Shown piece after piece: positions 37,875 through 46,549 of a stretch of 64,000 bases of DNA. Under the pieces are notes generated by a model. That model worked only from the letters and a program-made list of their open reading frames with translations, was not told the origin of the DNA and searched no databases. The DNA lies in sequence record LT603033.1. One strand, given 5' to 3'. Within the stretch, counting starts at the first letter, position 1. Each line of letters starts with the position of its first letter. A program made the translations under genes and the position numbers.

Positions 37875-38464
37875 CCTGTATTATTGCACACACTGACGGA
37901 GTAAGTTCTTTTATTGCTGGCGATAAGTTAGGAAGCAATGGATTTACAAAAACTGTTCAAACTGAGCCAAAGGTTTTCGAGAAAGAATTTATCAAGTTAC
38001 ATGATGATGGACTAACTAGAACTAAAGAAGTAATGGCATTGGGTTATACTACATCATTTCGTATGGGTCAGTTGTTAAATTATAACCTTAATTTACCTGA
38101 ACAAGCTGCTGGTCAAACATTTTCACAATATTTGGTTCTTAAAGTTATTCCANNNNNNNNNNNNNNNNNNNNNNNNNNNNNNNNNNNNNNNNNNNNNNNN
38201 NNNNNNNNNNNNNNNNNNNNNNNNNNNNNNNNNNNNNNNNNNNNNNNNNNNNNNNNNNNNNNNNNNNNNNNNNNNNNNNNNNNNNNNNNNNNNNNNNNNN
38301 NNNNNNNNNNNNNNNNNNNNNNNNNNNNNNNNNNNNNNNNNNNNNNNNNNNNNNNNNNNNNNNNNNNNNNNNNNNNNNNNNNNNNNNNNNNNNNNNNNNN
38401 NNNNNNNNNNNNNNNNNNNNNNNNNNNNNNCGTAAGCGAAGAGTTTGATGTTTTAAAATATTAA
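37871..38464 (+). CDS. HslV/proteasome-beta-like Ntn peptidase (contains N gap)
   Basis: MTCIIA (N-terminal Thr nucleophile), AGD, PKVF, GYTTSFRMGQLL. Confidence 0.65.
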   Translation: MTCIIAHTDGVSSFIAGDKLGSNGFTKTVQTEPKVFEKEFIKLHDDGLTRTKEVMALGYTTSFRMGQLLNYNLNLPEQAAGQTFSQYLVLKVIPXXXXXXXXXXXXXXXXXXXXXXXXXXXXXXXXXXXXXXXXXXXXXXXXXXXXXXXXXXXXXXXXXXXXXXXXXXXXXXXXXXXXXXXXXXXXXVSEEFDVLKY

Positions 38465-38491
38465 AAGTACTAATATTATAAGAGAGAATAG

Positions 38492-38686
38492 ATGATGGCA
38501 TACACAATTTATGAATGGGTTTTGAGTTTTTTTATAGTTTTTTCTATTGTTGTAATTTATAACAATGCTAAATGCTTATATAGGGACTTGAAATCCAATG
38601 GTTATCACAAAGATAATAATTTTATGTATGCCTATCATATTGGAATCATTCTGTTATTATCAATATATTTAATTGTTTTTTTATAA
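38492..38686 (+). CDS. Small membrane protein
   Basis: Two hydrophobic segments. Confidence 0.65.
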   Translation: MMAYTIYEWVLSFFIVFSIVVIYNNAKCLYRDLKSNGYHKDNNFMYAYHIGIILLLSIYLIVFL

Positions 38687-38695
38687 GGATTGAAT

Positions 38696-39448
38696 ATGAT
38701 ATCAGAAAAATTTATAAGCAATGAAGGTAAAAAGCGATTACTGATTATATCAGGTGCAGGACTTTCTGTTGAAAGTGGTATGGAACCTTTTCGATTTGAT
38801 GATGGTTTGTGGGATACATTTAAAATTAATGATGTATGTAACATTGCTAGTTTAACTACGAAATATCACGTTGTTCATTCCTTCTATAATACATTACGTG
38901 TAAAATTGGGTCAATGCAAACCCAATGCAATGCATTATTTTATAAAATCGTTAGAAGATCAATATGGTGATTGCTTCCTTCATATGACTTCTAACATGGA
39001 CGATCTTTATACTCGTATTGGTGGTCATGAGCTTAAACTTCATGGAAACTTGTGCGAAGTTATTGAAAATTATAGTATCAATTCCGATGATTATAATGTT
39101 ATTAACTGCGGATACGAACCATACATACCAAAACATGATGTTTTTGCCAAACCAAATGTAGTAATGATTGGAGAATATCATCGTTATGTTGATGGTATTC
39201 GCTTACCAATTTACGAAGAACGAAATAATGTGTTGAAATCTCTTAATGAAAATGATACAGTTATTGTAATTGGTAGTAGCGATACAGTACTGGTATGGTC
39301 GAGATTAGCAGCAGCATTACCATGTTATAGTGTTAATGTTAACATTCGTAAAAATGATAATGATTTTTTGTTTAATGAAAAAGTTATCAAGCCAGCAACC
39401 AAAGCAATACCGCATCTAGAGACTATAATTAAGGAACGTATGAAATGA
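38696..39448 (+). CDS. Sir2-family NAD-dependent enzyme
   Basis: SGAGLSVESG..PFR, PNAMH, TSNMDDL, KLHG, KPNVV, GSS, VN. Confidence 0.88.
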   Translation: MISEKFISNEGKKRLLIISGAGLSVESGMEPFRFDDGLWDTFKINDVCNIASLTTKYHVVHSFYNTLRVKLGQCKPNAMHYFIKSLEDQYGDCFLHMTSNMDDLYTRIGGHELKLHGNLCEVIENYSINSDDYNVINCGYEPYIPKHDVFAKPNVVMIGEYHRYVDGIRLPIYEERNNVLKSLNENDTVIVIGSSDTVLVWSRLAAALPCYSVNVNIRKNDNDFLFNEKVIKPATKAIPHLETIIKERMK

Positions 39449-39996
39449 GTGTTAAAGAAGTTCCCTTTGGTGAATATGGCACACGTGCAAATTTTGTATT
39501 TTGTTATTTCTTTGCAAGAAAATGCAACCCTTACAAAAACTATGAGTTGAATGATATACCAGAAGTAAATTTAGTATTACTGCAATTACGATGGGATGGT
39601 CTTCTTGGTGGATGTGGTGGAACCGTAGAAAGTACTGATATCTCACTAGAAGATGCGTTGCGTCGTGAAGTTCAAGAAGAAATGGATTACAATATTTTTG
39701 TTTCCCATCTTCGACCACTCAAAACTTTTGAAATTTACCCAGGTGCAAACAGTCACAGTTTTAGCTATGAAGTAACCTATGACGAGTTGAAACACATTAG
39801 AGATGGATACACTAATGCTAAACATGCAAGTGCAGAAGTTGCTGGTGTAAATTTATGTCATATTTCTCGTTATTCTAAGGGACAAAATCGAGAAGCGGGA
39901 TATAATAATCTTATGACACAGAACTTCATCGGTACAGCAAAACAAGAATTGGAGTATCTGGTTCAAAAAGAAAACTTACTAATTAGTTATCTATAG
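39445..39996 (+). CDS. Nudix hydrolase, NUDT16-like
   Basis: LLQLRWDGLLGGCGGTVESTDISLEDALRREVQEEM; EVAG; NFIGTAKQEL. Confidence 0.8.
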   Translation: MSVKEVPFGEYGTRANFVFCYFFARKCNPYKNYELNDIPEVNLVLLQLRWDGLLGGCGGTVESTDISLEDALRREVQEEMDYNIFVSHLRPLKTFEIYPGANSHSFSYEVTYDELKHIRDGYTNAKHASAEVAGVNLCHISRYSKGQNREAGYNNLMTQNFIGTAKQELEYLVQKENLLISYL

Positions 39997-40005
39997 GAGT
40001 TTAAC

Positions 40006-40326
40006 ATGTCTTACTCAATGTTTTTGGATGATATTCGTGATGCAAATCTATATTATCCAAACCAAGATATGGTGGTATGTCGTGACTTTAAAAGTGCATG
40101 TGAATATGTTATTGAAAATGGAATTCCAGCATTTGTATCATTCGACCATGACTTGGGTGATGTGAGCGAAGACGAAAAGACTGGATATTCTTTTGCTAAG
40201 TTTCTTATTGATTATATGTTTGATAATAATATTAAAGAACCGTTTGAGTACTTTGTTCACAGTAGTAATCCTGTTGGTAAAATTAATATTGAAACATACT
40301 TAAACAATGGATTTAACTCATTATGA
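40006..40326 (+). CDS. Cyclic-phosphate-processing receiver-like domain protein
   Basis: FLDDIR, VSFDHDLG, TGYSFAKFL, HSSNPVG..NI. Confidence 0.75.
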   Translation: MSYSMFLDDIRDANLYYPNQDMVVCRDFKSACEYVIENGIPAFVSFDHDLGDVSEDEKTGYSFAKFLIDYMFDNNIKEPFEYFVHSSNPVGKINIETYLNNGFNSL

Positions 40327-40625
40327 TTCAAACACACATCAAAAGTCTTATTTGTACTGTTCTGTTAGGTGCAGGAGTTCTTTGGTTCGGACAGTATCAC
40401 GAGAACACTAAGCGTACCAACATTCACTACAATACCGCAGAAGTTGTTAGTTTAGGACAATGTAGCGAGTCCAAATGTTCATTTATGTATAAAACCCAAA
40501 ATGGTGAAGTACGTAATGGACTATCAAGAGAACCAGTTTCAATTGGTCAACTTGTTTACCAGGAGTGCTGGGAAGAAAAGGTTCGAGGTTCACGTTGCTA
40601 TGTTGAATACGAACCAAATATGTAA
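40323..40625 (+). CDS. Membrane-anchored hypothetical protein
   Basis: N-terminal hydrophobic helix; four extracytoplasmic Cys. Confidence 0.7.
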   Translation: MIQTHIKSLICTVLLGAGVLWFGQYHENTKRTNIHYNTAEVVSLGQCSESKCSFMYKTQNGEVRNGLSREPVSIGQLVYQECWEEKVRGSRCYVEYEPNM

Positions 40626-40685
40626 TAATCCGAGTCAATAACATTAGTCGAGTACAAGGATGTACTCATAACTCAAGGATGTTTT

Positions 40686-42125
40686 ATGAAAAAATATACA
40701 ATTGACACAAACGTACTACTATCTGACCCTAATGCATCTATTGCTTTTGATGGTGCTGCAATCATTCTACCATTTACAGTACTGGAAGAATTGGATTCAA
40801 TTAAGAGTCGTAATGTAGATGTTTCACGCGATGCTCGTGTTGCTATTCGTAACATTGAAGCAATTATTGCAGATGCATCACATGATGAGATTAGTAGTAC
40901 TGGTGTTAATATTGCTGATGTTCATACCAATATGAATCCTGATAGCAAATTGTTTGTTATTACAAACGAAGAAGCTGAAGCACTAATTCGTACTAAAGGT
41001 TCAGAAGAGAAAGTTCAAACCCTTCTCAAAAGCACAGTACCTGATGATAAAATCATTCTGGTAGCTTTAGCAACAGAATCAGTACTGGTAACTCGTGATA
41101 TCAACATGCGTATCAAAGCACTAAGTTATGGTGTCGAGGTACAAGATTATCGCCATGATATTGTTATTGGTGATAGTGATTTGATTCACATTGGTCAACA
41201 CCATTTGGAAATCAATTTTTGGGAAGTATATAGCAACTTAACCAATACTAATATTCAATCCGAACAAGTTGGTCGTCGTTTGTATCATTACATTTCCAAA
41301 AGCTTGATTGAGCATTTGCTCCCACAAAATCTATGCATCGGGGATTATCTATATGATGATGCAGACGTATTATTTGTGTACGAAGGTCAATCAGCAATTG
41401 AGGAAGATGATGGAACACTAACACCAGAAGATATTTTGGTATTCCAAGATATTGGACAATCAGTAGCTTTACGTGCTAAAGTATGGGATATTAAAGCAAA
41501 GAATATCCAACAAGCACTCGCCATCAACAGTATTCTCGATCCTGATGTACATCTAACAGTACTGCTAGGTTCTGCTGGTACTGGTAAAACACTAATTACG
41601 ATTGCGACTGCATTAGAATTAGTACTGGAAAAACGTAAATACGACCGAATCATCTTCTCTAAAACTCAAGACTCACAGTTTGAAGATATTGGTTTCTTGC
41701 CAGGTTCAGAAGCAGAAAAAGTGATTCCATTCTGTGGAGCCGCAATTGACGCGTTAGAGTTTCTTCATAAAGATGATGCTAACCCTCAAGGTAGTATTGA
41801 AGAGATTATGAAACGTAATGTTATTCAATTTAAAGCACTAAACTTTGTACGTGGACGTTCATTCACCAACACTATTCTAGTAGTTGATGAATTCCAAAAC
41901 ATTACACCTGCACAAGCCAAAACAATCTTGACACGAGCAGGATTAAACTGTAAAGTAGTAATTATGGGTAACTTGAGTCAGATTGACAGTAAGTTTATTA
42001 GTCCTGTTAACAGTGGTTTGACATATGTAACTGAGAAGTTTAAAGATTGGGCAGGTTGTCGTGTCATCGAACTAGAAGGTGTTGTTCGTTCACCACTTGC
42101 AGAATTTGCTGAAGAAAATATGTAA
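40686..42125 (+). CDS. phoH: PIN plus PhoH-family ATPase (PhoH2-type)
   Basis: IDTNVLL, PFTVLEELD, VTRDINMRIKA; GSAGTGKT, RGRS, VDEFQN, GN..QID. Confidence 0.92.
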   Translation: MKKYTIDTNVLLSDPNASIAFDGAAIILPFTVLEELDSIKSRNVDVSRDARVAIRNIEAIIADASHDEISSTGVNIADVHTNMNPDSKLFVITNEEAEALIRTKGSEEKVQTLLKSTVPDDKIILVALATESVLVTRDINMRIKALSYGVEVQDYRHDIVIGDSDLIHIGQHHLEINFWEVYSNLTNTNIQSEQVGRRLYHYISKSLIEHLLPQNLCIGDYLYDDADVLFVYEGQSAIEEDDGTLTPEDILVFQDIGQSVALRAKVWDIKAKNIQQALAINSILDPDVHLTVLLGSAGTGKTLITIATALELVLEKRKYDRIIFSKTQDSQFEDIGFLPGSEAEKVIPFCGAAIDALEFLHKDDANPQGSIEEIMKRNVIQFKALNFVRGRSFTNTILVVDEFQNITPAQAKTILTRAGLNCKVVIMGNLSQIDSKFISPVNSGLTYVTEKFKDWAGCRVIELEGVVRSPLAEFAEENM

Positions 42126-42133
42126 TATTGTAT

Positions 42134-42162
42134 GGGACATTATGTCCCATACATGATATAAT
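42134..42162 (+). promoter_or_regulatory. GGACA-class promoter with -35 inside a hairpin
   Basis: GGGACA-17-TATAAT; TATGGGACA-tta-TGTCCCATA inverted repeat 42131-42151. Confidence 0.7.
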
Positions 42163-42193
42163 GTTGTTATCATAATACAGAAGGAGATATAAA

Positions 42194-42382
42194 ATGGCTA
42201 AACAACCTAAGAAAAAAGAACCAGTAGCAAAAGTTAAGAAAGAGAAAGTTATTCAATCTAAAGAACAACGTATGTACGAACAACGTAAGAGTGAAACCCT
42301 ATCCGGTCTTCAAGCTCTACGCAAACAAGGTGTACTAACTCGTGCACAGTACCGTGAACTAGTAGCTCAGAAAGGTTTTTGA
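42194..42382 (+). CDS. Small basic protein
   Basis: AAGGAG RBS. Confidence 0.8.
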   Translation: MAKQPKKKEPVAKVKKEKVIQSKEQRMYEQRKSETLSGLQALRKQGVLTRAQYRELVAQKGF

Positions 42383-42485
42383 TTCATTTGAAGACATATT
42401 GTGGAGTTCTTAATAAATACTTTTATAAGAATAATAATACTTTTTATTAAATTAAAAAGAACTCCATGTGTTATTTCAGTTTTTC

Positions 42486-42512
42486 GTCCCTGTCTTTTGG
42501 CAGGGATTTTTT
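42486..42512 (+). terminator. Intrinsic terminator
   Basis: GTCCCTGTC-tttt-GGCAGGGAT plus T run. Confidence 0.85.
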
Positions 42513-42608
42513 ATATCTATATCTTGACAAAAGGAACAAATCATGAGAACATGTATTAAAGGAAGAATGACTTTCCATTAGGTTATTTTAACTTAAAGGA
42601 GATTTCAT

Positions 42609-43166
42609 ATGTTTTTTGACCAAACATTTACGTTGTATCACGATTCTGGTAAAGTTGAGATTGTAGACGATCTACTTCAATACATTGCTGACCATCAAGG
42701 GATAGATCGTTTCCACAGTAAGATGAAATTTGATTTAGCAGAATTCAACAAAAAGAATCGTGAAACTTTTTGGAAGAACCGTTTCTATTACGAAATGTTC
42801 CCAGAAGAGTTTGTGGGTTATTATCTTTGTACTGAAAAAGGATTACTTGTATCTCCTGATTTACTTATGGGTGAATACATGATACTCTATAATGAGTACT
42901 GGGAACATAAACGTAAAGCTCGTGATACGGAATGGCGACATAAGCGTTCGTATATGTACAAACATAACCACTCCCGATACAAGCGTCCTAAGACACAACA
43001 AGAGCGTCGTATGGCTTGTGCAGTACTGAAGGATGAGGGGGAACCTGATATACGTGGAAGACGTAAGATGCGTTCATTACCATCGTATTGGGACGATATC
43101 AGAACAAGACATAGTACTGGCTGGAAATACAGTACTAAACGTAAACATCAATACAAAGGGAGCTAA
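42609..43166 (+). CDS. Hypothetical protein with basic C-terminus
   Basis: AAGGAG RBS; RPKTQQERR...LPSYWDD...WK...KRKHQY. Confidence 0.8.
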   Translation: MFFDQTFTLYHDSGKVEIVDDLLQYIADHQGIDRFHSKMKFDLAEFNKKNRETFWKNRFYYEMFPEEFVGYYLCTEKGLLVSPDLLMGEYMILYNEYWEHKRKARDTEWRHKRSYMYKHNHSRYKRPKTQQERRMACAVLKDEGEPDIRGRRKMRSLPSYWDDIRTRHSTGWKYSTKRKHQYKGS

Positions 43167-43180
43167 TGCTCCCTAATTTT
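43157..43180 (+). terminator. Intrinsic terminator overlapping stop
   Basis: AGGGAGC-taat-GCTCCCT then AATTTT. Confidence 0.7.
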
Positions 43181-43193
43181 ATAGGTGAACTTT

Positions 43194-43523
43194 ATGAACA
43201 AAATTGACGTTACTGTAGTGATTGGTTATATTGAAATTGAACCGTGTGACATTGATACCTTTATTGACACTCTTGATAAGTATCGTGCTGAATATAACGG
43301 TCACATTAGTCTTTCACCAGACAGTGGTTACGGCGGTTTTCATGGATACAATGTAATTTGGACCAGAGAAGAAACTGACGAAGAATATAATACACGAATT
43401 GAAGCTGAATCTAAAAAATGTGAAGAAATTGAACGTCAAGAAATGAAACACTTAATGAACAAGAAATCATTAAGTACCGAAGAGAAATCTAAACTGCTAA
43501 AATACATCAAGGATTACATGTAA
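43194..43523 (+). CDS. Hypothetical protein
   Basis: AGGTG RBS. Confidence 0.75.
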   Translation: MNKIDVTVVIGYIEIEPCDIDTFIDTLDKYRAEYNGHISLSPDSGYGGFHGYNVIWTREETDEEYNTRIEAESKKCEEIERQEMKHLMNKKSLSTEEKSKLLKYIKDYM

Positions 43524-44173
43524 TGAAAAATGTAACTCAAGAAAAGATTCTGTACCTTGCAAAGTACAATGGTGGTTTCAATATCATTAGCCGTGAGTAC
43601 AGTGGTAATTTGGCTAAGTTGATTGACAGTTTGTTAGAATTTGATTTCATTAAATGGGAAACTAATGAACTTTGGTACGAATATGCTGGTCAGAAATGGG
43701 AAAGTGATTATGATAATGCAATACATTCATACACTATCACCAAAGCAGGTGAAGTTCGATTAGCCATTATGCGTTGTGCATATACTTACAAAAATCATAA
43801 AGGTGAAGAAAAACATATTCGCAGAAATGAAGAGCTATTACTTCTCATGGAAGCAGCAAAAGTTACAATGCATGATTTGTTCCACCACCCACGTTGGTAT
43901 GAAAATCTAACAAAAGCAGAGTACAAAGCTTTACGTTACATTGATGAACAAAACAACAACCCAGTTGAAGTTGATGATGTTAGTGATGATGAACTAAGCC
44001 TCAAAAATGTATTTGAAAGTACCAGTACTGAAAGTATTACAGACATTTCTGTACAGATGGCACTAAAAGCAATGGAACTTTTCAAGACACAATATGAAGG
44101 ACACAGTGCTGAAGAAGTAGAGCGTGAGTTCATTACACGCGTACAGATTGCATTGTTCCAATCGAAAAAGTAG
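43523..44173 (+). CDS. Hypothetical protein
   Basis: Coupled ORF. Confidence 0.8.
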   Translation: MKNVTQEKILYLAKYNGGFNIISREYSGNLAKLIDSLLEFDFIKWETNELWYEYAGQKWESDYDNAIHSYTITKAGEVRLAIMRCAYTYKNHKGEEKHIRRNEELLLLMEAAKVTMHDLFHHPRWYENLTKAEYKALRYIDEQNNNPVEVDDVSDDELSLKNVFESTSTESITDISVQMALKAMELFKTQYEGHSAEEVEREFITRVQIALFQSKK

Positions 44174-44186
44174 GATGATATGAAAT

Positions 44187-44377
44187 ATGAACATCCGTGA
44201 TGGGTTATCATATAAAGAAGCAGGTAAAGATGGTGTCAAAGGTGAAGCTGTAGATCTTTGCATTTGTGCACTTGACATGTTCGCTTTGTAATGCGATAAT
44301 ATGAGTTCAGAAGAGATGGAACGTGAGTTACTTACATGAATGTTAAACTAGCCAAATGGCGTAAATCAATTCAATAG
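44187..44377 (+). pseudogene. Disrupted remnant of a MazG-like (all-alpha NTP-PPase fold) gene
   Basis: MNIRDGLSYKEAGKDGVKGEAVDLCICALDMFAL*CDNMSSEEMERELL, then frameshift to MNVKLAKWRKSIQ*; TAA at 44289. Confidence 0.55.
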
Positions 44378-44386
44378 GTATTTTAA

Positions 44387-45358
44387 ATGAAAACTAAAAT
44401 TATTTCTGAACAAAAAATTGGCAATACTACAGTACTGAATCTTGAAGTTCAAGGTCTTAGTAATGTTCGTTCTCTTACGGTTTGTACTCAGAGAGATGAT
44501 TTGACTGATTTCTATAGCTCAGAATACATGTCAGAAGAACCTTGGGATATGGGATGGTTGGACGGTAGTAGTTATATCAGTTCACGTTATAGTTTTGGTT
44601 CTCATGAAAATATTGAACAATTAAAAAATGAGTATATTAAACTCAGTGATACTATTGAAATGAAAGAAGAAGATTGTGTAGAACTTTTCATTTTTGAATT
44701 CGATGCCGGAAATGGTAATTCATTACTAGTAAGTAATATTGAAGAACATTTAATGTATCATGAAATTGAAGATGTAGATTTTGAAAGTATTAAAAATGTT
44801 GTTCATATGGTTGGTGGTAGTATTACTGATGATTCAGATATCGGTCATAATATTTCACTGTGCTTAATTTCTCATCCAAAAACTCGTGGTTTTAAAGTTC
44901 CACAAGATGAAACTTACGTGTCTGAAACTGCTGATGAAGGAATTTATCCTTGGAATGATTATGTAGAATACTATGGTCATTTCTGTTCTGATACAAAAGA
45001 ACTGAAAAAAGGCGAACAATATTTTGATATGTTCCGTGCTGCACAGCGTTTAGTACTGAATAATACTGAACTATTTCCTGATCGCGGCGAAGAAAATATG
45101 ATTGATATTATCTTCAAGAACTATGATTATGTACAGAACATTCCTGATAATGTACATTTGGAATATGTTCACGGTTCTTCAAACAAATTCTATAATATTG
45201 AATTGAATGCTCCAGTGTGTGAAGTAATTATTGAGTACGGTGCTATTGGTAAAACCAGTACTACTGATGGTGAAGAATTCGAAACTATTGAAGAAGCACG
45301 TAAGTTCTTCGAGAAGAAAGTAATTTCCAAAATTAAAAGTGGTTATAGCCCAAAATGA
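44387..45358 (+). CDS. Protein with C-terminal WGR-like domain
   Basis: HLEYVHGSSNKFYNIEL...IEYGAIG....F.T.EEA.KFFEKKV..KIKSGY. Confidence 0.7.
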   Translation: MKTKIISEQKIGNTTVLNLEVQGLSNVRSLTVCTQRDDLTDFYSSEYMSEEPWDMGWLDGSSYISSRYSFGSHENIEQLKNEYIKLSDTIEMKEEDCVELFIFEFDAGNGNSLLVSNIEEHLMYHEIEDVDFESIKNVVHMVGGSITDDSDIGHNISLCLISHPKTRGFKVPQDETYVSETADEGIYPWNDYVEYYGHFCSDTKELKKGEQYFDMFRAAQRLVLNNTELFPDRGEENMIDIIFKNYDYVQNIPDNVHLEYVHGSSNKFYNIELNAPVCEVIIEYGAIGKTSTTDGEEFETIEEARKFFEKKVISKIKSGYSPK

Positions 45359-45735
45359 AAATCACACGCTTTGGTAAAACCTTTGAACTAAACATTGTTT
45401 CTGTTTATAAAAAAGGAAAATCAGGAAAGTTAAGCACTGATAATATTAGATTTGTTATTAGTGATTATTATGATATGTTTAATCAGGCATTTGAAGAAAA
45501 TAAATTTGGTTTGATTTTATGTAAACCACAAAAACCGGAATTAGGTATTTTGGATTTAAGAACTGATAAGTCTGATTTTATTGGTAATCTTGATATTATT
45601 GAATTTAAAGTTGATATATCAAAAGAACATTTTAGAATTAAAAACTATAATTATTACAAAGTTGATATTAATTCTATCGAAGTACAAAACGTACTTGATG
45701 AACTTATCAGTAATAATTCGTGTTTTACTAAATGA
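45355..45735 (+). CDS. Hypothetical protein
   Basis: ATGA-coupled. Confidence 0.7.
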   Translation: MKITRFGKTFELNIVSVYKKGKSGKLSTDNIRFVISDYYDMFNQAFEENKFGLILCKPQKPELGILDLRTDKSDFIGNLDIIEFKVDISKEHFRIKNYNYYKVDINSIEVQNVLDELISNNSCFTK

Positions 45736-45747
45736 GAAAAAAATATC

Positions 45748-45981
45748 ATGAAAAATATATTCATTACATTAACAATATTTGTATCCATTATTCTCTGTGG
45801 TTGTGCTCCTAAAGTTGATGAGATGGATGCTGAAATCATCCGTCAAGGTTTAACAAAACTAAATCACCAAGGAACACTATACGCATGTCATACTATGCGT
45901 CATGGGCAAGATCTTAATCTCATGTGCAGGAAGATTGTGAATCGCAAACGTCTTAATACTGTTCCGAAGGATGCACAATGA
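45748..45981 (+). CDS. Putative lipoprotein
   Basis: Basic N-terminus, hydrophobic core, lipobox LCGC. Confidence 0.65.
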   Translation: MKNIFITLTIFVSIILCGCAPKVDEMDAEIIRQGLTKLNHQGTLYACHTMRHGQDLNLMCRKIVNRKRLNTVPKDAQ

Positions 45982-46148
45982 AAGAAGTAATTGACTACAA
46001 ATGTAAAAATTGTGGCAAAGATAAGGGTAAGCATTCAGTACAAGGGATGGCTTGTCCAAATCCAGGACGTGGTAATTTCAGAGGGTTCAGTACTGAAAAG
46101 TCTTACGAACCGGATCATACCAAACCTGTAATGGGTTATAAATTATGA
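45978..46148 (+). CDS. Small Cys/His protein, 56 aa (not in ORF track)
   Basis: AAGGA RBS, ATGA overlaps at both ends; CKNCG..KGKH....ACP. Confidence 0.7.
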   Translation: MKEVIDYKCKNCGKDKGKHSVQGMACPNPGRGNFRGFSTEKSYEPDHTKPVMGYKL

Positions 46149-46504
46149 GTGATTATGTAGCATTTCTTCATCGCTTTGGAGAAGCTAAAGAAAAACATAT
46201 TATCCGTATGCCATTATATGGTGAAAAAGACTGGTACAAAAGTACTATCAGTGTAGGTGCATTTCGTGACCGTGAAGCTGGATTCTTTCTGGGTAAGAAA
46301 CATGAACGAGAGGTACTTTGCTCACTGTGGCGTTTGGATGAATGGGATAGTGAGAACGTAAGAACTGCTGAATCAATGCTGGCTATTGTTGGTATTGCGA
46401 ACTATCAGCATCCATATGACCTATTACCTACATTTGAACATGCTTCTTTGTTTGACTTTTACAAAGCAGTAGGGTATGATTATAAAAAGAAACGTTACAT
46501 TTAA
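46145..46504 (+). CDS. Hypothetical protein
   Basis: Coupled ORF. Confidence 0.8.
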   Translation: MSDYVAFLHRFGEAKEKHIIRMPLYGEKDWYKSTISVGAFRDREAGFFLGKKHEREVLCSLWRLDEWDSENVRTAESMLAIVGIANYQHPYDLLPTFEHASLFDFYKAVGYDYKKKRYI

Positions 46505-46508
46505 TATC

Positions 46509-46535
46509 AGTACTGTCATAATGGCAGTACTTTTT
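46509..46535 (+). terminator. Intrinsic terminator built from two AGTACT sites
   Basis: AGTACTGTCA-taa-TGGCAGTACT plus T run. Confidence 0.75.
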
Positions 46536-46549
46536 AATTGGAGATTACT

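Larger units (their letters stand above)
33879..38430. other. Region with seven assembly N-gaps
   Basis: N at 33879-33899, 34333-34355, 34618-34640, 34966-34993, 35634-36004, 36233-36313, 38153-38430. Confidence 0.95.

Noticed and set aside
35549-38507. Alternative ORFs spanning N gaps (35549-36022, 35605-36120, 38145-38507) and the 36418 end for ORF 36044
   Set aside because: They are open only because N runs hide stop codons.
40626-40685. Pho box upstream of phoH
   Set aside because: The GTC half-sites are 13 nt apart rather than 11 and do not match CTGTCAT. Only a small GAGTACA/TGTACTC hairpin (40650-67) is evident.
42524-42552. TTGACA promoter before ORF 42609
   Set aside because: The -10 position reads GAACAT, too weak to support.
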